A stretch of 54,288 bases of DNA from Minisyncoccota bacterium (GCA_025450175.1 JANWHY010000008.1:1-54288); one strand, 5' to 3'. Shown: positions 19,163 through 29,378, numbered from the stretch's first letter. The notes: generated by a model not told the origin, from the letters alone. Program-made: numbers and translations.

Positions 19163-21087
19163 TACTGCACCACTATATCATCCCCTTGGATAAATGCCGG
19201 ATCACCAACGAGGCGCGTGGTAACTGGAGGGTTCGTCGCAGAGACAACACTACCACTCGAAGAATCTTTGCCAGTGAGACTAATACGATCTATGAGTACC
19301 GGGGTTGTGCCCACCTGGCCAGCGGTCGGAGTAAGTTCTACCTGGAAGGCAAGCTCCTTAGCTGCCGAGGAGAAGCCTGTGCCAGAAGGGAGATTACCAA
19401 TAGCCCAGGTCAGAGTATTGCTTCCTGAATCGTATGTGATGTTCTCCCTACTTGTCGCTGGTACTCCAAGCCACTTCACATTGGGCCCTAGTCTCGCTGT
19501 AACCTTGGCATCCGCAATATCACCTTGGGTGTTGCCTATGTTGAAGACGATACTATAAGTGGTGGTCTCCTTAACTTTCGGCGGCTTGGGACCGTGGTTG
19601 GCAAATGGCCCGAGAGAGTACAAGGACTTCGAGGTGAGGTTAACTTGAGAAGAGATCTTGATCTTCCTGGTAATATGAGTGGTAACCGACTTCTCACCAC
19701 CCTGATCCACCGGCAAGCCACTAGCAGTAATATCGAGAAGGATCTCAGAGTTATTGCCCGAGAGGGCTGTGGCAGGTAGAGAGGCGAAGATGAGCGTGAC
19801 TTCTCCTGAAGCTCCAGGCACAAGCTCTGGGGCGCCAGAGATATCTCCTATGGACCAGGTTGCTTTAGAACTTGATTGGTCGTATATACCCTGATTACCC
19901 GCTCTTACCGAATTCTTATCCAAGGCACTACCAGATAGAGTGACCTCCACCTTCGGATTCAGTAATTTGTCTGGCAAGTTGTTACTGAGGTTGAAGGAGG
20001 CGCTAATCTCCCGAGCCGCAGGAGCAAGATAGGTCTCAGAATTCTCTCCATTGATACGTACAGCGAGACCTATGGCCGAACGATTGATAGCTATAGTGTT
20101 GAGGAGAGAGGCCACAGGGATCTTGAGGTTCGGCGACCCACTCCCGTCGGAGACACCCACGTAGAAGCGGAAGGTTCTCTCCTCCTCGTTTTCTCCAATG
20201 ATCCGCCCACGTATAATAATTTTCTTCTTATCCCCCGGAACAAGGTCCCCCAATGTCCATAAGTTATTCTCCGTCACTGCTCTCGGCTCTGCACCACTTA
20301 CCGTGTAACCGTATGGATACTCAGCCTTCAATACAACATTCTTCAAGACATCGGTAGCGTTCATATCGACATTCACCTCCGTCGTAAACTCTTCTCCAGA
20401 AGTAATAGTGTTGGGCGCATTGACAGAAACAGTGAGAGGTGCGCTACCTAGAGCAATTTCATAAATCTTATCTTTATAAAACTTAGCATTAGAACCCTTA
20501 ACCTTGTACTCGACCGAGAACTTGATCTCCTTGGTCTCTCCAGTAGTCCCAAGTATAACCATCCTTACATCTCTACTCGCTTCTCTCCCCGCCTTGATCA
20601 CACCCAACTCTTCTTTGCTAAATGTCAGAGCTTCGCCCGTATTGGTAGGGTTCCTCGCACCTGTGGGGTAATAGATAGAGAGATTAGCAAGCTCAAGATC
20701 AGCATTGTTGGTATTGGTGACACTTACTCCTAGGTCGAGTACCTCTCCTGCAGCAATGGTCGTGGGCCCGAGGATGCTAATATCCACATTTTTCGACGAG
20801 ATAAAGTTTGTCCCACCCATGAAGATATACCCAGCTGCTGCTATCGTCGCGACGAAGAAGATTACCGCTACGATAAAAACCTTCCTCATAAAGGGGTTGG
20901 GTGGAGATACCACCCGTTCGTGGCGGAGCATCTCGTTCAATTCCGGGCTGTGCCAACTTTCTGCCACATCCGGCGAGTCTACTGAAGAGTCGGCCCGAAC
21001 CTGAGTACGCTTATCCGTAGGATCTTCGTAGCGAGTACGCGAATTCAATTTGTCATTGAGCCTATCGATTCTATCCTCTCCTTCCAT
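19162..21087 (-). CDS. Membrane-anchored protein with repeated Ig/CARDB-like beta domains
   Basis: 641 aa. A charged cytoplasmic N-terminus is followed by one TM (VFIVAVIFFVATIAAAGYIF) and then long T/S/G/N-rich beta repeats. No enzymatic motif was found. Confidence 0.6.
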   Translation of the reverse strand: MEGEDRIDRLNDKLNSRTRYEDPTDKRTQVRADSSVDSPDVAESWHSPELNEMLRHERVVSPPNPFMRKVFIVAVIFFVATIAAAGYIFMGGTNFISSKNVDISILGPTTIAAGEVLDLGVSVTNTNNADLELANLSIYYPTGARNPTNTGEALTFSKEELGVIKAGREASRDVRMVILGTTGETKEIKFSVEYKVKGSNAKFYKDKIYEIALGSAPLTVSVNAPNTITSGEEFTTEVNVDMNATDVLKNVVLKAEYPYGYTVSGAEPRAVTENNLWTLGDLVPGDKKKIIIRGRIIGENEEERTFRFYVGVSDGSGSPNLKIPVASLLNTIAINRSAIGLAVRINGENSETYLAPAAREISASFNLSNNLPDKLLNPKVEVTLSGSALDKNSVRAGNQGIYDQSSSKATWSIGDISGAPELVPGASGEVTLIFASLPATALSGNNSEILLDITASGLPVDQGGEKSVTTHITRKIKISSQVNLTSKSLYSLGPFANHGPKPPKVKETTTYSIVFNIGNTQGDIADAKVTARLGPNVKWLGVPATSRENITYDSGSNTLTWAIGNLPSGTGFSSAAKELAFQVELTPTAGQVGTTPVLIDRISLTGKDSSSGSVVSATNPPVTTRLVGDPAFIQGDDIVVQ

Positions 21088-21108
21088 AGTTGGCTTATTA
21101 TAACACTT

Positions 21109-21606
21109 TTATAAGTGGCTAGCCTCGATCCCCTTATTTATAGCGCGAACCAATTGTTTCTTGTCTAGTTTAAGATCCTCTTCGTCTAAGTAGCCTAAGT
21201 GGAAGAGTATCTCTGCTACTAAGCGAGTCTCGAAGTCTTCACTCCCTTCTCTACCCTCTGTTAAAGAACGGCTCACAGTATCAAATAGTTCTGGATTAGC
21301 AGATTCTCCTTGCACCAATTTTTCTAGAAGTAAGAGTGGTCGAGCGGTATAAGAAGAACGTGGAATACTCTTGATAGATTCGACTGAAGTAGCTCGCCAA
21401 TACTCCTTCCCTCTTACAAGCGAGATGGAGGCAATAGATACAGGCTCGAGCGCTCCTCGGAGCTTCGACTCCTCCTTCCTCACACCTAATCCTTGAGCAC
21501 GGATAAGACCTAGGTCCCTTGTGAGTATATTGTATATCCTATCGGCCTCCCGCCATGGTCGGTAAGAGAGCACTATCCCACTTGTAGAATAAATATGGTA
21601 AGACAC
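21109..21606 (-). CDS. recO: DNA repair protein RecO (N-terminal OB domain form, short)
   Basis: GIVLSYRPWREADRIYNILTRDLGLIRAQGLGVRK matches the RecO N-terminus. At 165 aa it lacks the Cys-rich C-terminal domain. Confidence 0.75.
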   Translation of the reverse strand: MSYHIYSTSGIVLSYRPWREADRIYNILTRDLGLIRAQGLGVRKEESKLRGALEPVSIASISLVRGKEYWRATSVESIKSIPRSSYTARPLLLLEKLVQGESANPELFDTVSRSLTEGREGSEDFETRLVAEILFHLGYLDEEDLKLDKKQLVRAINKGIEASHL

Positions 21607-21607
21607 A

Positions 21608-24600
21608 CTAGATCAAAGTTATGTTTGTTGAATTCTCAATTTCTAATTTATATTTGGTGAATATTTCTTTATCTTCTTCGGGGAACTTGTAGTCCACCTT
21701 ATCTTGTGGCTTTAAGTTATTCTCTTTCCTCCATTCTTGAACCATACGGATAAGATCGCGGAGCTTACCCTCTTCCATAAGTTCGGTTGTGAGGTTTGTA
21801 TCGAGAAGTATCTCGCCATCTAACCTTCGGTCAGGTACCACCTCCTTAACATTCACCTCATCTCGAATTAGTTCTAAATATTCTTCGCCTAATTCTTGAT
21901 TCTTTATTCTTAATTCTTTTAGCGGTTGCCTTACTTTGATGTTGGCTCTCTGTCGGACTTCAAGAGCTAGGGAAACAATCTCTCTTGTGTCTTCCATATC
22001 TTTTAATAATTTTTTACTTCCTGAGTTAAAGAATGAGAAAATTGATCTTTTGGCTAGAGGCCAATCTGTTAGATGCACACTTTCTTTATCTTTATCCCCC
22101 TTAAGTCGACTATAAATATCTTCTGCTAAGAATGGCATAAAGGGAGCTATAAGTTTTGCTAACTCTATGAGAACACTACGGAGCTTGAATAGAGCCTCTG
22201 GCCTATTACGAGATCGACGCAGATACCAAGTGGAGAGATCCTCTACGAAGTCTGCAATGGGCCTCGAGGCTTTATCAAGTTCATAATTTTCTAGAGCCTT
22301 AGTTATTTCGCTCACTAGTTTAGTGAGCTTAGCATCAATCCATCTGTCGAGGGCATGAACAGGTGTGAGGTTCTTGGTGTTAGGTTCTAGATTATTTTTA
22401 TACAGTTCGTAGAAGCTCACTACGTTCTCGAGTCTATTAATAACTTTCTTCACAACCTCGTCTAGACCACTCTCTCTGAAGGCCAGGTCCTCTGCATGTA
22501 CTGCAGGAGATGAGACCAGGTAGTATCGAAGAGCATCAGCGCCGAACCTATCGAGCACCTCAGTGAGCTCAGGATAATTCTTGAGACGCTTACTCATCTT
22601 CTTCCCATCCTCAGCAAGGATGAGTCCATTCACCACCACCCGCCTGTATGGCGACTCATTGAAGAGTGCCGTACCAAGGACTAGCATGGTGTAAAACCAA
22701 CCTCGAGTTTGGTCTAACCCTTCGGCGATGAAATCTGCGGGACGGGAATCTCGAGCGGCACGTGAGGCGAAGGGCACTGAGCCTGAGTCATACCAAGTAT
22801 CGAAGACTTCGGGGATTCTCTTGTACTCTTCCCCATCTTTCTCTAACACCACTTCATCTATATAAGGACGATGGAGATCGAGCTCGTAATCTTCGTTGTG
22901 AGGTAGAGGGAGGAAGTTGAGAGATCGGAATTCTGCATTCTTCATGTCATCAAGCCGAGACCCTTCCTTCCTATCTATCATTGCGTACATCTCATCGAGA
23001 GATACGAACTTGCTTCCCGCAGTCATCACCCAGGCTGGCCCCCCGTGCGTAATGAAGAGGATCGTCTTATCTTTATACTTTTTCTCACACTCAGTTAAGA
23101 CACTCATCACCCGCATCTTGAGATCTCGGAAGGACTCATCCCCCTCTCTTTTCTTATCGTAGTACTCTTTAGTTTTGGGGAAACTCTCGTGATAATCTTT
23201 CCAAGTTTTGCCTTCAAATGAGTAGACACCGAACTCGTGGAGGGCCTCGTTTACTATTACTGCCTCATCAGGAAGTCCTAGGGCGTCCTGGACAATCTTG
23301 GCCGTCTCCCGCGTACGGACGAAAGGAGAGATGATGAGAAGATCAATACCCTTTCCTGTGAGCTCTTTGGCAGCATGGATTACCTGCTCCTTACCCTTCT
23401 CTGTTAACCCATCTGAGCCACCTGCCTTAGTGCTGATACTCCAAGTGAGATTGTGCTTAGACTCACCATGGCGCATTACCAGATACTTATTGTTAGCTTT
23501 CGAGTATTGTCTGAGTGTTTCAACAGAATCTACCAATATTTTCTTTGAGCCATCGGCACTCTCCCACACCGGCAGAGGGGTACCCCAGAAGCGAGAGCGC
23601 GATACAGCCCAGTCTCGTGCGCCCTCGAGCCACTTACCGAAGCGACCACTACGAATATCTTTAGGAACCCAACTAACCTTCTCATTGTTTCTTTCGAGCT
23701 TATCTTTGATCTCAGTCACTTTTACAAACCAGGAAGAAGCTGCGTAGTTCAAAAGTGGAGTATCACAGCGCCAACAGTGCGGATAACTGTGAGTTATCTT
23801 CTCTTTAGCAAACAAGAGATTCTTCTCTGCGAGATACTTAATGATCTTAATATCTGTAGCCTGGTGGTCATCTCTAGGCTTCACAGGCTCCCCTGCAAAC
23901 TCTCGTACCTCTAACTTGAAGCGACCATCTGTACCCACATGCTGGATAAGAGGTAACTTCTCTTTGAGAGAGAGTTGGTAGTCATCTTCTCCAAAGCCTG
24001 GTGCGATATGTACAATTCCCGTACCCTCCTCACTGGTTACGAAGTCTGCGCCGTACACTTGAGCCTCCTTGAGGTAATAATCGAAAAGAGTTTTATACTT
24101 TTTGCCCAGCAGATCCTGACCTTTGTAACTGTCTATAATCTCGTATTCCTTATCTTTAAGAGATGCGAGTCGAGATTCGGCAAGGATCAGGAATTCATCC
24201 TCTACCTTCACTTTTACATAATCCAATTCGGGATTTACAGCTATAGCCACATTTCCAGGAAGCGTCCAGGGAGTAGTAGTCCACACTAAGAAAAAGGTTC
24301 TAGGCTCATCTACCATCTCGAACCGCACGTATACAGAAATATCGGTAATATCTTTGTAGCCTTGATTTACCTCGAAGTTTGCAAGCGTCGTTTCGCAATG
24401 AGGACACAAGTGCATCGACTTGAATCCTTTATATACCAGACCCTTGTCATATAGAGTCTTGAAGGACCACCACACACTCTCGGTATAACTCGAGTCCATG
24501 GTCTTATAAGCATTATCCATATCAATAGAGCGCCCCGTGCGCGGGATGATCTCTTTCCAATCTTTCTCAAAAGTAAGGACGCTTGCCCGAGCTCGCTTAT

Positions 24601-24937
24601 TGAACTCTCCAATACCGAACTTCTCTATATCCTTCTTGGTCTCAAGGCCCAGCTCTTTCTCCACCAAGTTCTCGATAGGAAGACCGTGACAGTCCCAGCC
24701 CCATCGGCGAGGCACATGGTAGCCTCGCATAGTTTTATAGCGAGGGATGACATCTTTCACAGTGCCAGGCAGTATGTGGCCGTAGTGAGGCAGGCCAGTG
24801 GCAAAAGGCGGCCCGTCATAAAATACAAACTCCTTCCCATTCTTAGTTTGCCGAAGAGTCTTCTCAAAAATCTTATTCTCCTGCCAAAACTGGAGAATCT
24901 TCTCTTCTTTTTTAGCTCTTTCAGACTTTTCGGCCAT
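21608..24937 (-). CDS. ileS: Isoleucyl-tRNA synthetase (type 2) with an inserted histidine-phosphatase domain
   Basis: HYGH (aa 51-54), CP1 editing region, WCISR-like DWAVSRSRFWGTPLP and KMSKR (aa 780-784) identify IleRS. An insertion occupies aa ~484-680 (listed as a separate feature and finding). Confidence 0.93.
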   Translation of the reverse strand: MAEKSERAKKEEKILQFWQENKIFEKTLRQTKNGKEFVFYDGPPFATGLPHYGHILPGTVKDVIPRYKTMRGYHVPRRWGWDCHGLPIENLVEKELGLETKKDIEKFGIGEFNKRARASVLTFEKDWKEIIPRTGRSIDMDNAYKTMDSSYTESVWWSFKTLYDKGLVYKGFKSMHLCPHCETTLANFEVNQGYKDITDISVYVRFEMVDEPRTFFLVWTTTPWTLPGNVAIAVNPELDYVKVKVEDEFLILAESRLASLKDKEYEIIDSYKGQDLLGKKYKTLFDYYLKEAQVYGADFVTSEEGTGIVHIAPGFGEDDYQLSLKEKLPLIQHVGTDGRFKLEVREFAGEPVKPRDDHQATDIKIIKYLAEKNLLFAKEKITHSYPHCWRCDTPLLNYAASSWFVKVTEIKDKLERNNEKVSWVPKDIRSGRFGKWLEGARDWAVSRSRFWGTPLPVWESADGSKKILVDSVETLRQYSKANNKYLVMRHGESKHNLTWSISTKAGGSDGLTEKGKEQVIHAAKELTGKGIDLLIISPFVRTRETAKIVQDALGLPDEAVIVNEALHEFGVYSFEGKTWKDYHESFPKTKEYYDKKREGDESFRDLKMRVMSVLTECEKKYKDKTILFITHGGPAWVMTAGSKFVSLDEMYAMIDRKEGSRLDDMKNAEFRSLNFLPLPHNEDYELDLHRPYIDEVVLEKDGEEYKRIPEVFDTWYDSGSVPFASRAARDSRPADFIAEGLDQTRGWFYTMLVLGTALFNESPYRRVVVNGLILAEDGKKMSKRLKNYPELTEVLDRFGADALRYYLVSSPAVHAEDLAFRESGLDEVVKKVINRLENVVSFYELYKNNLEPNTKNLTPVHALDRWIDAKLTKLVSEITKALENYELDKASRPIADFVEDLSTWYLRRSRNRPEALFKLRSVLIELAKLIAPFMPFLAEDIYSRLKGDKDKESVHLTDWPLAKRSIFSFFNSGSKKLLKDMEDTREIVSLALEVRQRANIKVRQPLKELRIKNQELGEEYLELIRDEVNVKEVVPDRRLDGEILLDTNLTTELMEEGKLRDLIRMVQEWRKENNLKPQDKVDYKFPEEDKEIFTKYKLEIENSTNITLI
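22898..23488 (-). other. Histidine-phosphatase (PGAM/His_Phos_1-like) domain inserted within ileS
   Basis: YLVMRHGESKHN (R489, H490), LLIISPFVRTRETA (R541/R543), NEALHEFG (E564/E568) and LFITHGGP (H631). Confidence 0.75.
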
Positions 24938-24966
24938 ATTTAGTTTAATATTATCAAAAATGAGTA

Positions 24967-24994
24967 GGCCCTGCTCGCGTACGCGAGCAGGGCC
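24967..24994 (-). terminator. Rho-independent terminator after gmk
   Basis: A perfect 28-nt palindrome, ggccctgctcgcgtacgcgagcagggcc, is followed on the minus strand by tactcattttt. Confidence 0.75.
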
Positions 24995-25005
24995 ATGACC
25001 TACCT

Positions 25006-25626
25006 TTAGGCAGCTACCGCAAAGGTAGCTTGGACTCGAGCCAGGAGACTCTCATTACGATAGGAGGGAGGAGTGTTGCTTCTGCTGAGAGAGAGGAAGG
25101 CGAAGAGACCCACCAGCTTCTCCACTGTCTGATCAACACTGTCGTTGATCAACCAGCAGTCGAAGAATGAGGCTTGCCGCATTTCCTCGTGAGCGGTTAG
25201 CAGGCGCCGTCGGATTTCACCCTCATCCTTCTCCCTTCCCCGCGCACGAAGCCTTCTTTCCAGTTCTGTCGAGGAGGGCGGGAGTAGGAAGATCGTATGC
25301 ACATCTGCACAAAGCTTCTGCTTAATCTGCTTTGCACCCTGAAAATCGATCTCTAGGAGGACATCCTCCTTTTTAACGAGCTCCTCAGTGGGCGTACCGT
25401 AGTAATTGCCATGAACCTCGGCCCACTCCGCGAAGCCGCCCAGAGTACACTTTTCTCGAAACTCGGCCGCCGTGCGGAAGTAGTAGTCTACCCCATCGAC
25501 TTCCCCCTCATTTGGAGAACGGGTTGTCCATGAGATGGCGAGGTGTAGCGGGGTATTGCGCCGCAACACCTTCTTGATTACTGTGCCCTTGCCTGCTCCA
25601 GCTGGACCGGAGATTACAAAAACCAT
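25006..25626 (-). CDS. gmk: Guanylate kinase (with a ~30-aa C-terminal extension)
   Basis: P-loop VISGPAGAGKGT, TTRSPNEGEVDGVDYYF and EIDFQGA motifs. The start is at MVFVISG (ATG 25626). The gene is GC-rich relative to its neighbours. Confidence 0.9.
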   Translation of the reverse strand: MVFVISGPAGAGKGTVIKKVLRRNTPLHLAISWTTRSPNEGEVDGVDYYFRTAAEFREKCTLGGFAEWAEVHGNYYGTPTEELVKKEDVLLEIDFQGAKQIKQKLCADVHTIFLLPPSSTELERRLRARGREKDEGEIRRRLLTAHEEMRQASFFDCWLINDSVDQTVEKLVGLFAFLSLSRSNTPPSYRNESLLARVQATFAVAA

Positions 25627-25666
25627 ACCGACCCCCTCTCTTGTTCGAACGTCTCTTACCAACTTA

Positions 25667-27232
25667 TCACATCTTTTCAAGTGCAGGAATACCAAGAATA
25701 TCTAAACCATTTTGCATCACAATGTTAAAAGCTTGTACTATTGCGAGGCGGTAGGGAGACTCCTTATCGTCAGAAATTATTTGTTCGTGTGCATAGAAGT
25801 TATTGAAGCTTGCCGCAAGCTCCGTGAGATAAGTAGCGATGTAGTGAGGGGCATACTCCTTCCCCGCCCTCTCTACCACCTCTGGGAACCTGTACAAGAG
25901 TCTTTCAATCTCATGTGTGTTTTCTCGAGGAGCACTGGAGTCTGCCTCCTTATCTGCCTTTTCTAAAATAGAGTTCGATCGTGCGTAAGCATATTGGAGA
26001 TACACTCCTGAGTCCCCTTCAGTAGAAACAGACTTTTCTATATCGAAGACAATGTCATTACCTATGGCTTGTCTAAGGATCATATACTTGATGGCTCCTA
26101 TGGCTACTTGCTCATCGCCCTTTACATTCTCCTTAACATCTTCTATAAGCTCTTCTGCCGTAATCACATCTCCAGTCCTCGAACTCATCTTACCGGTGGG
26201 GAGTCGCAACATTCCATGTGGAAGATGTTTTGTAAGCTTCGCAAGATCTGGCAATACCTTACCCATAGCTTCTAAGACCACTTTGAAATATTCTCTGATC
26301 TCATTCCCAGTAACTATCACTGACAAATCGTATGGATAATATTCATATTTAATTTTGGCATTACCCAGATCCTTCGCTTCATAAGTAGGTAGCCCTAGCG
26401 AGTTGATAAAAACTCGTGTATGACTTCCTTTAAACACAATTGCACCCTCAGATTTCTCAAAGACTTCTCCAATATTATCTTCCACAATTTTTTTACCCAA
26501 CTCTCCTGTCTCTGATTCGAAGAAGTAATTATCAAATTTAGTACCAAGTTTCTTATAAATTTCTTCGAAAGATTCTAGGCTTGTCTTCCTACCCTCTTGG
26601 TAAATTTTGTTAATTTCTTGATCAGACTTGTCGTATATTTTCTTATTTATTTCTTCAATCTCTTTCTTTGCTTCTGGATTTTCTTCATAAGATTTGTTGC
26701 CAGCCACGTACGGATGTTCTTTAATACCTTGTTTTATAGCCCAGACTGCCTTAGCCACATGCAAACCCACATCACCCTGATAGTTTACTTGCTTTACTTC
26801 AGCCCCATTCCACTCGAATACTCGGGACAAAGTGCTACCAATTACATTGGGCATCAAGTGACCAATATGAAATTCTTTGAAAGGATTCGGGTCTGTGTGT
26901 TCGACCATCACCTTAAAGCCTTTGGCATGTGTGCTCTTACCAAACTCCTGAGCTTGCTCAGTAATTAACTCTAGAGATCTTTTGAAGAAATCTTTTGACA
27001 GATAGAGGTTGATAAACCCAGGCCCCGCTAGCTCTACCTTCTCAATTTCTTCTGGCAAATTTACTTCGATATATCGAAGTATTTCCTCCTTCTTATCCTT
27101 ATACTTTATGCCTACGTTTGTAGAATAGTCTCCCATCTTTAGATCAGTTGGATGCTCCACGACAAAGTCGCCCGGCTCCACCCCAACCGACTTCAGGGCT
27201 TCTTGTATTAAATTTTTTATTTTCTCTTGCAT
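25667..27232 (-). CDS. argS: Arginyl-tRNA synthetase
   Basis: 521 aa with EHTDPNPFKEFHIGHLMPNVIG (HIGH) and a DALR-type anticodon-binding C-terminus (YLQYAYARSNSIL). Confidence 0.92.
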   Translation of the reverse strand: MQEKIKNLIQEALKSVGVEPGDFVVEHPTDLKMGDYSTNVGIKYKDKKEEILRYIEVNLPEEIEKVELAGPGFINLYLSKDFFKRSLELITEQAQEFGKSTHAKGFKVMVEHTDPNPFKEFHIGHLMPNVIGSTLSRVFEWNGAEVKQVNYQGDVGLHVAKAVWAIKQGIKEHPYVAGNKSYEENPEAKKEIEEINKKIYDKSDQEINKIYQEGRKTSLESFEEIYKKLGTKFDNYFFESETGELGKKIVEDNIGEVFEKSEGAIVFKGSHTRVFINSLGLPTYEAKDLGNAKIKYEYYPYDLSVIVTGNEIREYFKVVLEAMGKVLPDLAKLTKHLPHGMLRLPTGKMSSRTGDVITAEELIEDVKENVKGDEQVAIGAIKYMILRQAIGNDIVFDIEKSVSTEGDSGVYLQYAYARSNSILEKADKEADSSAPRENTHEIERLLYRFPEVVERAGKEYAPHYIATYLTELAASFNNFYAHEQIISDDKESPYRLAIVQAFNIVMQNGLDILGIPALEKM

Positions 27233-27235
27233 AAA

Positions 27236-27829
27236 TTATCTAGCTCCCTTCTTACCTTTGACCCATTTAGCAGTTAGAGATCGGTGCCAGGCGTTTGAAT
27301 CTGCCTTTTGGATTTCATCCCACATTTTCTTAGCTGATTTAGTGTAAAGCTTCTTAGCTCTCACGGTAGGCCTATGATCCTTTTGCATACTAATAGCAGA
27401 GGAATCTCCAATTCTCGCTAGTTCTTTTAACTCGATATCTACATCAAGATTGTCTGCATCTTTAACAATCTTAGCTTCTAGAGACTCTCTTTTCTCATAT
27501 TCTTCCAAAACTTTTAGAGCCTCATTCCTAAGAGAGGTTTCTTCAAACATATGCTCCACTGCCAACTCTTCGTTTCGAGTCACATAATCTCGGTGCATGA
27601 AAGCAATATCTCCTGCTCTAGATTCTCCTAGATCATGGAGGAGGCACATTTTTAACACCTTATTTACATCCGCTTTTTCTTGTACGGCAATAGTCCATGC
27701 AATCATAGTCATGCGGAATATGTGCTCAGCAATATTCTGCACCCTACCTGTCAAAATCTGCTGCCATGCCCTTGGCACATTACGCAAAGACCCCATCTCA
27801 AACAGAAAGTCTATATCTCTTTTGGCCAT
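27236..27829 (-). CDS. HD-domain phosphohydrolase (YfbR-like 5'-deoxynucleotidase family)
   Basis: NIAEHIFRM...LLHDLGESRAGDI provides the H..HD..D metal ligands. The protein is 197 aa. Confidence 0.8.
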   Translation of the reverse strand: MAKRDIDFLFEMGSLRNVPRAWQQILTGRVQNIAEHIFRMTMIAWTIAVQEKADVNKVLKMCLLHDLGESRAGDIAFMHRDYVTRNEELAVEHMFEETSLRNEALKVLEEYEKRESLEAKIVKDADNLDVDIELKELARIGDSSAISMQKDHRPTVRAKKLYTKSAKKMWDEIQKADSNAWHRSLTAKWVKGKKGAR

Positions 27830-27923
27830 ATTTAGGCAAATATTATCATACTTATTAAGCCTAGTTTTATGCCTATTATGTGCTAGTATCCCCCCAGACG
27901 TAAGATCTTCATAAGAGGTAAAT

Positions 27924-28859
27924 ATGCATCCGAGATATCGTCCTTACAACGAGCGCTTCCGAGACTACCAGTATCGTGAGGCTCTGATAGGCGCTCTCCC
28001 ACCACAAGAATGGCCAAAGGGAGAAGGTGAATTTTTCAAGAACCAGTTCCAGGACTCAGGCCGCTACATGAATTTGGCGATGGCGCCTCTGGACTTCTTC
28101 TTCGAAAACGGCTTCCCCCTCATTACTGAACGGAAAATCGGTTTCTGGCGCAAGTTCATTAACGAGATGTTTGCGTTCATCAACGGCGCACGCACACTCG
28201 ACGAACTTCGTCAGTACGGGAATGAGAAGACTTGGCCTAACTTCTGGGAACATTGGGTCTACCCAGAGAAGTGCGCGAAGTTTGGCCTCGAGCCCGGAGA
28301 CTTGGGCGATGGCTCCTATTCAGTGTTTGGCAAGTATCCAAGCCCAGATGGCACGAGCTTCAACCAGTTTCTCGCTATGATAGACCAGATCAGAGACCAT
28401 CCAAATGTTACTACTCACATGGTGACAAGTTGGATGCCAGTCTATGCGCTCGGGTCTGAGAAGAAGCAACGCAAGGTAGTCGTGGCTCCTTGCCACGGTA
28501 CAGCCGTGCGAGTGATCATCAACGAAGGCAAGCTGACATTACAGCATGTACAGCGATCTGCCGACCTCCCTGTCGGAGCACTCGGCAATATCGTTGGCTA
28601 TGCTTCGGTAGCACTCGCTCTAGCCCGCCTTCTTGAAGTTGAGCCTCATAGATATATCCACTTCTTTATGGATGCACATATCTATGAGATTCAGATCCCA
28701 TCAGTTCGAGAACTTCTTAGGCGTGATCCTCGACCATTCCCAACCCTCCGTGTCTGTGACACGGCGCCGATGGATTTCTTGGCTCTTCGAGGTGAGCACT
28801 TCGAGCTCACAGACTACAATCCTCATCCCGCAATGGATGACATTCCTGTTACGGAGTAG
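27924..28859 (+). CDS. thyA: Thymidylate synthase ThyA-family enzyme (divergent)
   Basis: VVAPCH (catalytic Cys), QRSADLPVGALGNIVGY, MDAHIY, GFPLITERK and FWEHW motifs, followed by folA. The SD is AAGAGG. Confidence 0.8.
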   Translation: MHPRYRPYNERFRDYQYREALIGALPPQEWPKGEGEFFKNQFQDSGRYMNLAMAPLDFFFENGFPLITERKIGFWRKFINEMFAFINGARTLDELRQYGNEKTWPNFWEHWVYPEKCAKFGLEPGDLGDGSYSVFGKYPSPDGTSFNQFLAMIDQIRDHPNVTTHMVTSWMPVYALGSEKKQRKVVVAPCHGTAVRVIINEGKLTLQHVQRSADLPVGALGNIVGYASVALALARLLEVEPHRYIHFFMDAHIYEIQIPSVRELLRRDPRPFPTLRVCDTAPMDFLALRGEHFELTDYNPHPAMDDIPVTE

Positions 28860-28862
28860 CAC

Positions 28863-29378
28863 ATGGCACTCAAGATCATTGCCGCCGTTGCAGAAAATGG
28901 CGTGATCGGGAAAGACGGGAGTCTCCCCTGGAGACTCCCGGAAGATCTGACTCGATTCAGAGAGCTTACAGAGGGCAATATAGTCCTCATGGGAAGAAAG
29001 ACCTATTGGTCTCTGCCCGTGCTATCTCGCCCTCTCCCAAATCGAGAAAACATCGTTCTTACCCACTCTCCACATCATGTGGTGGGAATGAGTGGAGCTA
29101 CTGTGATCGATAACTTCGAGCAAGTGCTCGATCGATCGAGAATACAAAACATCTTCGTGATTGGAGGGGGTGAGATTTACAGCCTGGCCCTTCCCTACGT
29201 GGATGAAATGTTCATCACACGGGTACATGTATACCTACCCGGAAACGTTTTCTTCCCTGAGTTTCGTGAGGGATACTGGAATCTTACCTTCTCTGAAAGA
29301 CGAGCAGAAGGCAATGGAAACCAGTACAACTTCACCTGGCAAGTGTGGAAACGTGCCTCAGAGCCGGCGTCCCGATGA
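28863..29378 (+). CDS. folA: Dihydrofolate reductase
   Basis: IIAAVAENGVIGKDGSLPWRLPEDLTRFRELT..VLMGRKTY and VIGGGEIY motifs. Confidence 0.92.
   Translation: MALKIIAAVAENGVIGKDGSLPWRLPEDLTRFRELTEGNIVLMGRKTYWSLPVLSRPLPNRENIVLTHSPHHVVGMSGATVIDNFEQVLDRSRIQNIFVIGGGEIYSLALPYVDEMFITRVHVYLPGNVFFPEFREGYWNLTFSERRAEGNGNQYNFTWQVWKRASEPASR

Noticed and set aside
24938-27235. T-box or other leader riboswitches upstream of the aaRS genes (ileS, argS, metG, glyQS).
   Set aside because: The upstream gaps are too short (3-68 nt, or overlapping genes). The 68-nt gap before ileS is occupied by the gmk terminator palindrome.
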